Of a stretch of DNA of 64,000 bases, positions 36,570 to 46,001 are shown piece by piece; position 1 is the first letter of the stretch; every line of letters begins with the position of its first letter. Origin of the DNA: a virus; the IMG/VR virus record IMGVR_UViG_3300036792_000218, positions 28,370 through 92,369 of that record. The stretch is one strand, 5' to 3'. Made by a program: the position numbers and the translations under genes. The notes beneath the pieces are model-generated. The model made no database searches. It worked only from the letters and a program-made list of their open reading frames with translations, and had not been told where the DNA came from.

Positions 36570-37025
36570 TCACCCGCTGCTGCCCCACCGTGGCGAGTCC
36601 GGGTCGGGCAGGTCGATGTCTTCCGGCTGCTGCCAACACGCCTCACCGTTGGTTACGGACAGCATCGCGGCCCGCTCGGCGACGTCACCGAGGTTGATCC
36701 CGATCAGGGTGGTGTCGTCCTCGCTGTCCTTCCACCGGACCTGAATGGTCAGGTTCTCGGCGCGCTCACCTGGCCGTGCCTCCGCGTAGACGGCGGCCAG
36801 CGCGTCGTACAGCCACCCGTCGGGCCCGAGACGGTCACGGAGGTAGTCAGCGGCCAGCGACGCGTCTAGCCGGTCCTGCAGCTCACGCACGCGCGCCCGC
36901 CACCGCTCCCGGCTAGCGTCCCTGGCCCTCCGCTCCGCTCCCCGGTCGATCGCCGCGAACACCGACCGCGCCAGGTACCCGACGGCGCCGAACGCCACGC
37001 ACAACGCGACCACCACGGCCGTCAT
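36570..37025 (-). CDS. Membrane-anchored hypothetical protein
   Basis: N-terminal TM. Confidence 0.5.
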   Translation of the reverse strand: MTAVVVALCVAFGAVGYLARSVFAAIDRGAERRARDASRERWRARVRELQDRLDASLAADYLRDRLGPDGWLYDALAAVYAEARPGERAENLTIQVRWKDSEDDTTLIGINLGDVAERAAMLSVTNGEACWQQPEDIDLPDPDSPRWGSSG

Positions 37026-37567
37026 CACAGGGCACCCCTGCGATCGTGGGGCAGGATCACCAGGACGCCCCCGGCGAGCCGCACCGTGCGCCTCCGCTGC
37101 CGGGCGATCCCGGCCGCGGCCTCCGGGGTGAACCCGGACACCACGAGCGCCGCCATCCGCCGGGCGACCACGAGCTCGGCCGGCGGCCACCAGAACACCG
37201 AGCCGCGCCCGAGCCCGCGCCCCTCGCTCACGGGATGCAGCCAGCCGCGCGCCGCCCAGTGCCGCAGCCGCCACTGATTGACCCCGAACTCGGCGGCCAG
37301 CTCGGCGAGGCTGATCCGGTCCGGCCCGTCACCGCCGCATTCAAGCGGTGACGGGCCGGCGGTCCCGGCTGCCTGTGTGGCCGGGACCCGGCGCACGGGA
37401 ACCCCAAGGGGTGAAGGGTCCGCTGGTGCGCCGCCGCTGCCCGCGCCTGGGTTCGCGGGCAGGTTGGATGCCCGGCCGGCCCCCGTTGACCGGCCGGGCG
37501 GCCCCGCTGGCGAGCGGTCATCGCCGCCAGCGGGGAGAACAGGGAACTCAGGGACGTCGTCAGCCAC
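37025..37567 (-). CDS. MerR-like HTH protein
   Basis: SLAELAAEFGVNQWRLRHWAARGWLHP...ALVVSGFT. Confidence 0.6.
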   Translation of the reverse strand: MADDVPEFPVLPAGGDDRSPAGPPGRSTGAGRASNLPANPGAGSGGAPADPSPLGVPVRRVPATQAAGTAGPSPLECGGDGPDRISLAELAAEFGVNQWRLRHWAARGWLHPVSEGRGLGRGSVFWWPPAELVVARRMAALVVSGFTPEAAAGIARQRRRTVRLAGGVLVILPHDRRGAL

Positions 37568-37808
37568 CGGACACCACCACGGGCAGCAGGTCACCCGGTT
37601 GCACGCCGAGCACCGCGGCGACCGCCACGAGGCGCACAGCGGACAGTCCCCGGCTCCCGGCCTCCGCGAGCGAGACCCATGCCCTCGACACGCCGAGACG
37701 GGCGGCAAGCTCGCCTTGCCTCATGCCCCGCCGCTTGCGGGCCTTGCGGACCTGCTCGCCGACGTACCTGTTCACGTCCGCGGCGGTCATCGCCACGGCC
37801 GCCGTCAT
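37560..37808 (-). CDS. XRE HTH protein
   Basis: VGEQVRKARKRRGMRQGELAARLGVSRAWVSLAEAG. Confidence 0.85.
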   Translation of the reverse strand: MTAAVAMTAADVNRYVGEQVRKARKRRGMRQGELAARLGVSRAWVSLAEAGSRGLSAVRLVAVAAVLGVQPGDLLPVVVSGG

Positions 37809-38419
37809 GCCGCCACCGCCGGGTCAGTGACGCTGACCTCACCGTCGGCGAGCAGCCACAGCGACTGGTACGAGCCGAACGGGCCCGGAACACGAACCGG
37901 GACCACACCGGGCGTCTCCGTCGTCCACCGCCAGAAACCCCGCTCGTACATACCGGGGTCCTTCGCGTGACACAGGTCATGGTCGGCGCGGCAGAGCGCT
38001 ACTAGATTGACGGTCCCGAACGCCACCACCGGGTCCGCCGTGCCCCCGATGCCCCGGCGGATGATGTGGTGCACGTCCACGGCCAGCTCACCGCAGGCCC
38101 GGCACGTCCGCCCGTCGCGCTCGAGGACGACCAGCTTGGCCCCGTCCCACGCCGCGTCGTCGAGGCGGCCGGGGTCGACCTGGTGCTCCCGTGCCGCCTG
38201 CGTGACGGTGCACTCCGCGGCGAGCACCATGGCGACCGCGGCCGCCATGCTGCCAGGGGCGGCGCGGGGCGCCGCCGGCTTGGGCAGGTGCCAGCCGCCG
38301 CACTTCGGGTCACTGCACTGCTCGGGCGTTGTCCCGTCGTTACGGCCGGCCTTCGACCTCGTGGCCGCGTCGGCGGTCGCGTACCGCCTGCCGCAGCGGC
38401 GCATCTCCGAACGGTTCAC
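37805..38419 (-). CDS. HNH endonuclease
   Basis: ERDGRTCRACG...DVHHI...NLVALCRADHDLCH. Confidence 0.8.
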   Translation of the reverse strand: MNRSEMRRCGRRYATADAATRSKAGRNDGTTPEQCSDPKCGGWHLPKPAAPRAAPGSMAAAVAMVLAAECTVTQAAREHQVDPGRLDDAAWDGAKLVVLERDGRTCRACGELAVDVHHIIRRGIGGTADPVVAFGTVNLVALCRADHDLCHAKDPGMYERGFWRWTTETPGVVPVRVPGPFGSYQSLWLLADGEVSVTDPAVAA

Positions 38420-39087
38420 GACGCGGCACCGCCCTCGATCACGTCGAGCATCGCGGCGAGCAGCTTGCAGTCACCGAGCGCGGTGTGCCGCACGAAGGCG
38501 TCCGGGTCGACGCCGAGCGCGATCGCCAGGTCGTCGGTGCCGGCGTCGATCGGCGGCACGGTGAAACCGGGGTTGTCGCTGCTGCGCAGGTAGCCGTACG
38601 CCATCGACCCGATGTCCCGCAGCCGGTAGTGCCACGGTTGCGGGTCCTGCCCGTCGTGCTGCAGGAGCGCGGACAGGAACCCCGCGTCGAACACGGGGTT
38701 GGCCGCGAGCAGGATCACGTCATGAAGGAAGCCGGCCAGGTGCGCGGCGAGGTCAGACGGGTCAGACCAGAGGTACTTGCCGCCGCGGGTCAGGTTCCAG
38801 ATGTTCCGGGGCGCGGTCTCCCAGGTGTACATCACGGCCCGGCGGGCGGCGACCTCACCCGGCGTCGGGTGCCGCATCCCGGCAGTCCGTTCCTCGAACC
38901 GGCCGACCCTCAGCGCCTCCGGGTCGGCCAGGGCCTCGACGGGCCCGACGCGGTACAGCCATTCCTGGCCGGTGTCGCGCCGGATCATGCCCAGTTCCCA
39001 GATGACCCCGCTGCCGCCCTCGTAGTCGGGTGTAAGCGACGTGGTCTCGCAGTCGACGATCACGACTGGCCGGTGCGGCGCGGTCAC
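38416..39087 (-). CDS. DEDDh 3'-5' exonuclease (DnaQ-like)
   Basis: IVDCETT, ANPVFDAGFL, HTALGD. Confidence 0.85.
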   Translation of the reverse strand: MTAPHRPVVIVDCETTSLTPDYEGGSGVIWELGMIRRDTGQEWLYRVGPVEALADPEALRVGRFEERTAGMRHPTPGEVAARRAVMYTWETAPRNIWNLTRGGKYLWSDPSDLAAHLAGFLHDVILLAANPVFDAGFLSALLQHDGQDPQPWHYRLRDIGSMAYGYLRSSDNPGFTVPPIDAGTDDLAIALGVDPDAFVRHTALGDCKLLAAMLDVIEGGAAS

Positions 39088-40085
39088 TTGGCCGCCTCCT
39101 TGTCCTTGATTCGGGTGACGCTCAGCCGGGGCGAGCTTCCCGGCGTCTTGCGCATGGGCAGTTCGATGCCGAAGTCGGCCAGGATCTCCCGGACGGCGTC
39201 CATGTCTGGTTCCTCGCCCGGCTCCCCCGGCCGTGACGTGGTGACCTTCCAGCCGTCGGCCGTCCTGCCGCGCAGCCCGCGGACCATCGGCGCGAGTGCC
39301 TTCTTCTCCGCCTCGGCAGGCGACCAGACCGCGAGCAGTTCCCCGTACCGGCGCACAGCGGTGGCTAGTTCCGGGTCGGTGATCTCGGGGAAGTCTTCGC
39401 CGGCAAGCTCGGCGTCGAGGTCGGGGCGGCAGAGCGGCGCGAACTCGCAGAACTTCGCGCACCACTGCGGCGGCTTCTCCTTCGGGAGCTGGTCAAGGCG
39501 CCCGGCTGCGACCTCAGCGCGTACCCGGTCGACCCTGTCCGCTCCCTGGTCGGCGAGGTCCCGGTCGAACGGTTCCTCGAACGCCCACCAGCCGTCAGTG
39601 TTCAGCTCACCCTCGAAATCGGGTGTGTCGACCGGGGCGACGAGGATCCGCACCGTCGCGTCCTCGCGGAGCCGCCCGGCGTCGACCAGGCCGGCGGCGT
39701 AACCGTGGGCCTGGACACGCGGCTGCCACATCGCCCGGACGTTCGCCCGCCACGTCGCCGCGGCGTCGAGCGTCTTGGTTTTCAGGTCGGTGACGTCGTT
39801 CGGGCCGACCAGGTCCGCGTGGCCGGGGATGCCCCGGTACACGGTTTCGACTTCCCACGCGATGCCGAGCGCCTGGCCGATGACCGGCAGGAGGTAGTCG
39901 TGGAGCGCGGTTCCGCGCACCGCTGCCCACCCTGGTTGCCTGGCCGGCCACGCCCCGTCGACGCGGTACCCGATCGCTGACTGGCAGCCGCCCGCCTCCG
40001 ACCAGCCGACCTCGGCCTGCTGCGCGCGGGGGCGCGCCCGGTCATGGGCGCGCACCCCCTCGATCGCCTTGTCAAGCCACGTCAT
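39084..40085 (-). CDS. Cas4/RecB-like PD-(D/E)xK exonuclease
   Basis: GGC, GTALH, GHADL..DLKT, QAHGY, C..FC.F..LC (Fe-S Cys). Confidence 0.8.
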   Translation of the reverse strand: MTWLDKAIEGVRAHDRARPRAQQAEVGWSEAGGCQSAIGYRVDGAWPARQPGWAAVRGTALHDYLLPVIGQALGIAWEVETVYRGIPGHADLVGPNDVTDLKTKTLDAAATWRANVRAMWQPRVQAHGYAAGLVDAGRLREDATVRILVAPVDTPDFEGELNTDGWWAFEEPFDRDLADQGADRVDRVRAEVAAGRLDQLPKEKPPQWCAKFCEFAPLCRPDLDAELAGEDFPEITDPELATAVRRYGELLAVWSPAEAEKKALAPMVRGLRGRTADGWKVTTSRPGEPGEEPDMDAVREILADFGIELPMRKTPGSSPRLSVTRIKDKEAAK

Positions 40086-40972
40086 CCCGTGGCCGCCTTG
40101 TCACTGCTGGCGAGCTTGCCGCGCTTGGCGGCGATCGCCTTGCGGAGCGCGTTGGCCGTGACGGGCTTGAGCCGCCCCGCGTCGTGCGCGGCTTTGATCT
40201 CGCCCTCGACCCGGTCGGCGTCCTCGTCGGTGACGATCCCCGCCAGGGCGACACCCCAGTCGGTGTCACCCGCCGCCGCGTCCGCCGGGGTCGCCTCCTT
40301 CGGGGTCGCCTCCTTCGGCTGCTCAGCCCTCGTCACCTTCCCGCGCCGTCCCTGCTCGGGGCTCGGCACGTGCCGTTCGGCGTGACCGTCCGCCCCTGCG
40401 CTGTTCTCGGCGGTCGGGTCCTCCCGGTCACCCTTGGCCCACTGGTCGAGCGCGACCCCGAACCGCATGGCGGCGTTGCGGAGCGCGTCACCGATCAGCA
40501 CCTTCTCGGGTTCGAACTGGTTGGTCGGGACCGTCCCGTACCCGGCGCGCTTCTTCCCGCAGACCGTGAGCCAGATCCACAGGCCGACCGGGGTGCCGGT
40601 CGCGGTCCGCTCGAACTTCGGCGGCGCGTTCGCGACCACCTGCTCGACGATGGCCGCGTTTCCCGTAGCCATCGCGGCTCTGAGAAGCTCCGGGTCCGGG
40701 TCGGTCGCCTGCGGGTCCCAGCCCCACAGCGGGTCGACGCTGAGCAGCCTGGCGGTGACGTCCGCGTGTCCGACGAAGTCGATGTGTATGTGCGCGGTCG
40801 TCATGTACGACTTGCAGCCGTCGCACTTCTTTTTGGAGTGGTTGCCGCACTGGCCGATCTTGCTGTTGCGGCAGTCGTTGCAGTTGACGCGCGGTAGCTT
40901 GCCGATCTCTTCCGGCTTGAACTGGGCGCGGAGTTCCAGCAGCTTCGCGGCCATGTCGATCGCGTCGCTCAC
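40082..40972 (-). CDS. Rad52/Sak-family single-strand annealing protein with Zn insert
   Basis: DFVGHADVTARLLSVDP.W.W, LTVCG, IGDALRNAAMRFGVALD.W. Confidence 0.8.
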   Translation of the reverse strand: MSDAIDMAAKLLELRAQFKPEEIGKLPRVNCNDCRNSKIGQCGNHSKKKCDGCKSYMTTAHIHIDFVGHADVTARLLSVDPLWGWDPQATDPDPELLRAAMATGNAAIVEQVVANAPPKFERTATGTPVGLWIWLTVCGKKRAGYGTVPTNQFEPEKVLIGDALRNAAMRFGVALDQWAKGDREDPTAENSAGADGHAERHVPSPEQGRRGKVTRAEQPKEATPKEATPADAAAGDTDWGVALAGIVTDEDADRVEGEIKAAHDAGRLKPVTANALRKAIAAKRGKLASSDKAATG

Positions 40973-41262
40973 CGTGCCACCATCCCCGTCACCACAAGCA
41001 CGGGCGTGACCTCGTTAAGGCCTGTCGCGCGGGATACCGCCCTGGTGAAGATCCCCACGGCCTCGACGTCGCTGGCCGACCGGGTAAGGGCGTTGAACGC
41101 GCAGCTAAGCGCGTCGCGCTGATCGTCGAGCCGCCCGCACTCGGGGCAGAACCCGGCGGACGCCTTGCAGTCGCGGCAGTCCTCCCGGCCGGTGAGCTTC
41201 GCGTCGACGCCGGCTAGCGCGGAGTCGAGGAAGTCCGCGAGGACCACGGTCAGGGCGCTCAC
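40969..41262 (-). CDS. Hypothetical protein
   Basis: CRDC..CPEC; coupled. Confidence 0.5.
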   Translation of the reverse strand: MSALTVVLADFLDSALAGVDAKLTGREDCRDCKASAGFCPECGRLDDQRDALSCAFNALTRSASDVEAVGIFTRAVSRATGLNEVTPVLVVTGMVAR

Positions 41263-41627
41263 AGCTCAGCCCCCGTGGCGATCGGCGCGCCGGGCTTCCA
41301 CTGCGAATGGGTGCCGGTGAGCTTGTCGGCCTCGGCCATCAGCGCGGCGTACTCGGCCTCGTGCGGCGAGAACCCGTCGGCGGCCGGGTACAGCCCGCCA
41401 AGCGCTGCGACCACGTCGGCCGCCGCGCTGCGCGGCGTGAACCGGGGGCCGCGCAGCGCGCCCTCTGCCGCGTCGTGGACGGGGACCTTCCGCACCGTGT
41501 CGGCGTAGGTCACCCCGGCCTGCTGCTTGGCCTCGTCAACGGCCTTGAAGTCGAGCTTCCTCAGGCTGGACAGGAGGTATTCCATCGCGTCGCGGCCGGT
41601 CGAGCAGGCGGTCACGGGGGCGTTCAC
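41259..41627 (-). CDS. Hypothetical protein
   Basis: Coupled ORF. Confidence 0.5.
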   Translation of the reverse strand: MNAPVTACSTGRDAMEYLLSSLRKLDFKAVDEAKQQAGVTYADTVRKVPVHDAAEGALRGPRFTPRSAAADVVAALGGLYPAADGFSPHEAEYAALMAEADKLTGTHSQWKPGAPIATGAEL

Positions 41628-41998
41628 AGGGCACCTGCCCCAGTCCCGGTGGCAGCGGTAGCCCGCTCAAGGTCGGCCCGTGCTTCCCCGTTACCCACGT
41701 AGGCGCGGCAGGCGCGCAGCGACGGGAGCCTTGTCTTCAGGGCGGTGCGTGTCGGGTAGTGCCCGGCCGACCATGTGCGCCCGTGGCGCTCGAACAGCCA
41801 CTCCCCGTCCCTGGTGATTGCCTGTACGGCCTCCCAGGTGCCTGGCCGGATCTGCTTCCTCCAGATCTTCCCCAGCGCCGGGAGCTGGCTCGCGGGGGAC
41901 TTGAGCGGGGCGCCCTGTCCGCGCGGGACTACGGAGAATCCGGCGGGACGCGGCTGCGCTGCCCGCGTTCCGGACTCTTGGGTGGTTGCTGTTGTCAT
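41624..41998 (-). CDS. Hypothetical protein
   Basis: RBS GGAGGA. Confidence 0.55.
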   Translation of the reverse strand: MTTATTQESGTRAAQPRPAGFSVVPRGQGAPLKSPASQLPALGKIWRKQIRPGTWEAVQAITRDGEWLFERHGRTWSAGHYPTRTALKTRLPSLRACRAYVGNGEARADLERATAATGTGAGAL

Positions 41999-42093
41999 CG
42001 GTGCTGTCCTCCGATTCGAGTACCTTTGTGGGTGCCGGTCGCTGTGCCGGCTGGGAGCCTCTGGCGTCGTTACCGCCAGGGGCTTCCGTCGTG

Positions 42094-42393
42094 TCATGCC
42101 GCTTTGAGAGCGGCGGCGAGCTTTCCGAACGCCTCGCGTCCCTCGTCGTGCATCAGGTCCGCGGGTGCCCGCTTGAGCGCGAGGGCGAGCAGGACGGTCA
42201 TTTCGAGGTCGGGCCCCCAGCCGTCGTCCTCGGCCTCGTAGTGGCCGATCGTCTGCTGCGTGGTGCCGACCAGGTCGCCTAGCCGCCCCTGGGAGAGGCC
42301 GGCGTCCTCGCGGGCGCTGCGGAGCTTGGCGCCTGCGACCCACTTGCCGCCCCGCCTTGGCGGGGCCGTGGCCGGCGCGGTGTTGTGTGTCAT
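42094..42393 (-). CDS. Cro-like XRE HTH protein
   Basis: KLRSAREDAGLSQGRLGDLVGTTQQTIGHYE; first gene of the leftward early operon. Confidence 0.8.
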   Translation of the reverse strand: MTHNTAPATAPPRRGGKWVAGAKLRSAREDAGLSQGRLGDLVGTTQQTIGHYEAEDDGWGPDLEMTVLLALALKRAPADLMHDEGREAFGKLAAALKAA

Positions 42394-42560
42394 GCGTGTG
42401 AAGGTACACGCGATCATGCGTGATGGCAACGCGAACACGCGTGAAAACGTGTTACTCGCGGGGAGGAAACGCGTCTCAGAGGCGAACCGCCGGGATTCGC
42501 ATACGTAACCCGAAGGTTTGCCCCAAAGGAACACGCGATCCCGCGTGATAACGTGCGGGA
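42394..42560. promoter_or_regulatory. Immunity switch region with repeated ACGCG/CGTGA(T/A)AACG operators
   Basis: CGTGAAAACGTG (42440), CGTGATAACGTG (42544), ACACGCGATC twice, AAACGCGT. Confidence 0.6.
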
Positions 42561-43067
42561 GTGACCGCACCACCGGCGCCCACCACCGGCGCCCTCATCC
42601 GCGCACTACGCCTCAGCGCCACCCCGAAGCTGAGCATGGAAGCCGCCGCCGCCCGCGCCGGCATGAGCGCGAGCCACTGGGGCGCGATCGAGCGCGACAA
42701 GGCCACAGGCCCCGAGGGGCAGCCCCTCCGCGCACCCGCCGCCACCATCGCCCGCATGCTCGCCGTCCTGCCGCCCCTCACGAGCGACCAGCAGGGCGCA
42801 CTCGAACAGGCCCGCCCCGACGACGCCGCCGAGATCCTGGCCGCGACCGCAAGCCAGCCCGGCGCGCCCGTCGGCACGGGCGGCGACGACCGGCTGATCG
42901 AGGCGCTGATCGCCAGCCGCCCCGACAGCGAGTTCCTGGGGTTCCTGTGGGGCGAGCTGGGCAACGACATGAAGCTCGCCCCGCGCGAGCGGCGCGTGCG
43001 CCGTGTCCTCGAATGGGTGGAAAGCCACCCGGTGAACGAGGACGGCCGGGAAAGCAAGACAGGCTGA
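42561..43067 (+). CDS. CI-like XRE repressor
   Basis: GALIRALR...LSMEAAAARAGMSASHWGAIE; divergent from the Cro-like gene. Confidence 0.7.
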   Translation: MTAPPAPTTGALIRALRLSATPKLSMEAAAARAGMSASHWGAIERDKATGPEGQPLRAPAATIARMLAVLPPLTSDQQGALEQARPDDAAEILAATASQPGAPVGTGGDDRLIEALIASRPDSEFLGFLWGELGNDMKLAPRERRVRRVLEWVESHPVNEDGRESKTG

Positions 43068-43171
43068 CCAGCGGACATTCACCACTGTTGATGCGATGCG
43101 CTTAAATCTTGTAACTTACAGTGATTCCCGGTAACCTTTCGTGACCCAATTAGGCCGGCGGAGGTAACCGA

Positions 43172-43999
43172 ATGGACGACGCAGCAGAACAGGTACAGCA
43201 CCTAATCGGGCTCATCCAGGAAACCCGCAGCCTGTACTTCCAGCTAGCCACGGCAATCGCCGACGACACCGCCCCCGAAGTCGTCTACGCGGCCAGGGCC
43301 GTCCACGAGATGCGGGGCGCCCTCGCCAAGAAAGAGGTCGGCCTGGAGACCTACGCCGCCGCGCACCGCAACGGCCGCCGCGAGAGAGTCATGGCCGACC
43401 TGAAAAAGGCATGGGACGCCGGCCGACAGTCGGGCATCGCCGAGGGCATCCGCCGCGCCAACCTCCGCGAGCAGGCCCGCAGCATCGGCTTCCCCCGCCT
43501 GGCCCTCGTCCGCACCCTCCCCTGGCTGAATAAGGGCTTAACCGCGACCAGCCCGGACACCCGGCCGGCCGGCCAGTCCCGCCGCAGGACATCCCCCCAG
43601 CCGCCGCGGTCCCACGCCCGCACGTCCGGCACCTCGAGCACGACGTCAAGCCCCGCCCCCGCCGCCCACCCCGCCAGCACCTCCGGGGAGTGCCCGAACA
43701 TCTCGTCCCCGGCCAGGACCCCCACCTCCCCGGCGCGCTCCGCGGCCGACATCGCCACCTGCGACCCCGCCGGCAGCGCCTCCGCGTGCGCCGCCGCGAG
43801 CGCCGCCCCGTCCTCCGCGCCCAGCCGCCACGACCCGATGCCCCACTGCACCTGCAGCGGGCCCGCCAGGCCGGCCATCGCCGCCCGCCTGACCATCTGC
43901 GCGGGGTTCGCGATCGTCGCCCGGAACGCGACGGCGCGCGGGTCGCCGTCAAGCGCGAGCTGGCGCAGCGCGGCCACGACCGGCGACGTGCTCGGGTAA
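43172..43999 (+). CDS. Hypothetical protein; coding signal appears to end near codon 123 (TTA 43538-43540) although the formal stop is at 43999
   Basis: RBS GGAGG; sequence after 43540 is antisense to the methyltransferase-like gene. Confidence 0.5.
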   Translation: MDDAAEQVQHLIGLIQETRSLYFQLATAIADDTAPEVVYAARAVHEMRGALAKKEVGLETYAAAHRNGRRERVMADLKKAWDAGRQSGIAEGIRRANLREQARSIGFPRLALVRTLPWLNKGLTATSPDTRPAGQSRRRTSPQPPRSHARTSGTSSTTSSPAPAAHPASTSGECPNISSPARTPTSPARSAADIATCDPAGSASACAAASAAPSSAPSRHDPMPHCTCSGPARPAIAARLTICAGFAIVARNATARGSPSSASWRSAATTGDVLG

Positions 44000-44262
44000 C
44001 CGAACCGTGCCGCCGGCGACGCGGCCGCCGCCAGCCGGTGCGGCGCGTCGCCGCGCACGGGGAACCCCGTCCCGCAGATCAGGACCGACCCGATACCGCC
44101 GAGCACGGCCAGTTCCGCCGCCCGCGCGCTGAACCTGTCGGCCCACGTCACCATGCGCCGCACCCCCGGCAGCGCCGCCGCCAGTTCCCTCTCAACGTCG
44201 AATGCGATGTTCCCCCCTCTTAGCGCGTCGACCACCAGGGCAATCTTCGTTGAATCCCCCAC
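43351..44262 (-). CDS. Divergent actinomycete SAM-dependent methyltransferase (Methyltransf_19-like); domain ends near TTA at 43531-43533
   Basis: VDALRGG....DVERE, GIGSVLICGTGFP...PH..A...P.ARFGY, LPAGSQVAMS, GLVAVKP terminus. Confidence 0.55.
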   Translation of the reverse strand: MGDSTKIALVVDALRGGNIAFDVERELAAALPGVRRMVTWADRFSARAAELAVLGGIGSVLICGTGFPVRGDAPHRLAAAASPAARFGYPSTSPVVAALRQLALDGDPRAVAFRATIANPAQMVRRAAMAGLAGPLQVQWGIGSWRLGAEDGAALAAAHAEALPAGSQVAMSAAERAGEVGVLAGDEMFGHSPEVLAGWAAGAGLDVVLEVPDVRAWDRGGWGDVLRRDWPAGRVSGLVAVKPLFSQGRVRTRARRGKPMLRACSRRLARRMPSAMPDCRPASHAFFRSAMTLSRRPLRCAAA

Positions 44263-44558
44263 GCGTCTCCCCACCCCCGCCAAAACCGGCTCCCTTTCAT
44301 AATTACAGCAAATAACGGCCGGGCGGTGACCCCCGAATGGGTGACACCGCCCGGCCGGGGAAAGCACCATCGGAGCCCGCGCCTGGGACAATGCCCGGTG
44401 CTTCCCTTCCCCGCACCCATTGGGTGGGAGTGCGGGAATCATCAAATTACCGCCGCCACGGCAAATAGCAGAAGATTGCACAGTGCACCTGAACGTGCAC
44501 GCGCAATTTCACCCCCGCCTGTTCCCGGCCCGGCCTTAACCGGGCCCCGGCCCTGATT

Positions 44559-45314
44559 TCACCGCCCGCCGGCGGCCGCCGCCTGCGGCTCCTGCCGCCG
44601 CATCCACGCCGCCAGCCGCAGCCGCGCGCCTTCCCTGACGCCCCCGGTGCCCGCCTTCGCGTGAACGCGGGCCAGGTGACCGCGCACCGTCCCCTCGGCG
44701 ATCCCCAGCTCCCCGGCGATCTCCGCCGCCGTCATCCGCCGCCGCGCGTACAGCACCGCGACCTCCCGCTCACGCGGCGTCAGCGCGGTACCGAGCAGCC
44801 CGGCCGACCTCGACGGCGCGCACGCCTTCGCCAGCAGGTACGCGTGATGCAGCCTCAGCAGCCCGCCGCCCGCCCCGAGGGCACTGTCAGCCCGCTCCCA
44901 GAAGTCAGGCGCCTGCCACAGCAGCCCCGTCTCCGCGTGCCTGACCGCCGTGAGGGAAACACAGGTCAGGCCCGCCAGGTCCGGCTGGCTCATCCCCGCC
45001 GCCCGCCGCCTCGCGGCGAGCCCCGCCGACAGCGCGTCACCCGCCGCCACCAGGACCCGCACCGCAGGGTCAGCCGCGACCAGCGGAACACGGAACTGCC
45101 CCTGCCCGCCCGCACGCCGGGTAAGCGCCCCGGCGCCGGCCAGGTACCGCAGGCCCCGCAGGCAGGTCAGCGTCGAGTACCCCGTGGCCCGGCTCAGCTC
45201 CTCGCCGCCCGGCGCGGCATCCCCCGGCCGCAGGGAGCCGTCACGGATGCGGGCCCGGACCATGTCCGCGACGACCAGGTACTTCCTCGTCCCCGGCGCA
45301 GCCGCCTCCCCCAT
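44559..45314 (-). CDS. Triple-HTH regulator: GntR + XRE + LuxR DNA-binding domains
   Basis: YLVVADMVRARIRDGSLRPGD (GntR); LAARRRAAGMSQPDLA..VRHAETG (XRE); LTPREREVA..IAGELGIAEGTVRGHL (LuxR). Confidence 0.75.
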   Translation of the reverse strand: MGEAAAPGTRKYLVVADMVRARIRDGSLRPGDAAPGGEELSRATGYSTLTCLRGLRYLAGAGALTRRAGGQGQFRVPLVAADPAVRVLVAAGDALSAGLAARRRAAGMSQPDLAGLTCVSLTAVRHAETGLLWQAPDFWERADSALGAGGGLLRLHHAYLLAKACAPSRSAGLLGTALTPREREVAVLYARRRMTAAEIAGELGIAEGTVRGHLARVHAKAGTGGVREGARLRLAAWMRRQEPQAAAAGGR

Positions 45315-45544
45315 CAGCCGGCGTCCCACACCAGCGCCTGCCCGCTGACGTCGCTGAGCACCCGCCGTAGCCGCGCCTCGGTCCTGGCGTCGACCGTGAT
45401 CGGCCGCGGGTCGTCCCGCCGCCACGTCGCCCCGACGCGGACCGCGTACAGGCGCCCCTGGTCCGACTCCCACACGTGCCAGCCGGGGAACTCCGCCTCG
45501 ATCGCGGTGAGCCGCGCGTCCCTCGCCACCGCCGCGCCGGTCAC
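45314..45544 (-). CDS. Small actinomycete protein (FPGWHVW.SD.GR.YA.R family)
   Basis: Recognisable motif; coupled. Confidence 0.6.
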   Translation of the reverse strand: MTGAAVARDARLTAIEAEFPGWHVWESDQGRLYAVRVGATWRRDDPRPITVDARTEARLRRVLSDVSGQALVWDAG

Positions 45545-45735
45545 TGCGCCAGCTCCCCGGCGGGCAGCCTCATGCCGAGGCTGAACAGGGTGAACGCGGA
45601 CTCGAACGGCGTCCCCTTCGGCAGCGCCAGCCACGCGCCGGGCAGCCGGTGAAAGTCCAGGTGCGGGTAACTCGCGCGCAGGCTGGCCAGCAGGTCGCTT
45701 TCCTGTTCCGCCCGCTCCGGGCCCGTCTCGATCAC
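45541..45735 (-). CDS. Small hypothetical protein
   Basis: Coupled ORF. Confidence 0.5.
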   Translation of the reverse strand: MIETGPERAEQESDLLASLRASYPHLDFHRLPGAWLALPKGTPFESAFTLFSLGMRLPAGELAQ

Positions 45736-46001
45736 GCGGGCCACTGGCTGTCCGCCCAGTCGCACAGGCCGCCGAGCAGCTTCTCCGTGTGGTCACGCGG
45801 CGCGCCGTCCTCGGTCCACGTCAGCACGTGCCCGGTCACGCCCGACGGCTGCTTCCACGCCAGGTCAGGCACGCGGCCCTTCAGCCGTTCCAGCAGCGCC
45901 TCCATGCGGGCGACGTCGTCGCACCAGGTGCCCGTGTCGACGAACGGCACCGGCCCCGGCGCGCCGAAGCCCGCCAGCAGGGCAACGCGCGACCGGATCA
46001 T
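45732..46001 (-). CDS. Small hypothetical protein
   Basis: Coupled ORF. Confidence 0.5.
   Translation of the reverse strand: MIRSRVALLAGFGAPGPVPFVDTGTWCDDVARMEALLERLKGRVPDLAWKQPSGVTGHVLTWTEDGAPRDHTEKLLGGLCDWADSQWPA

Noticed and set aside
39084-40085. CRISPR-Cas system (Cas4)
   Set aside because: No cas1/cas2 and no repeat-spacer array seen; the gene is paired with a Sak/Rad52 annealase as a typical phage recombination module.
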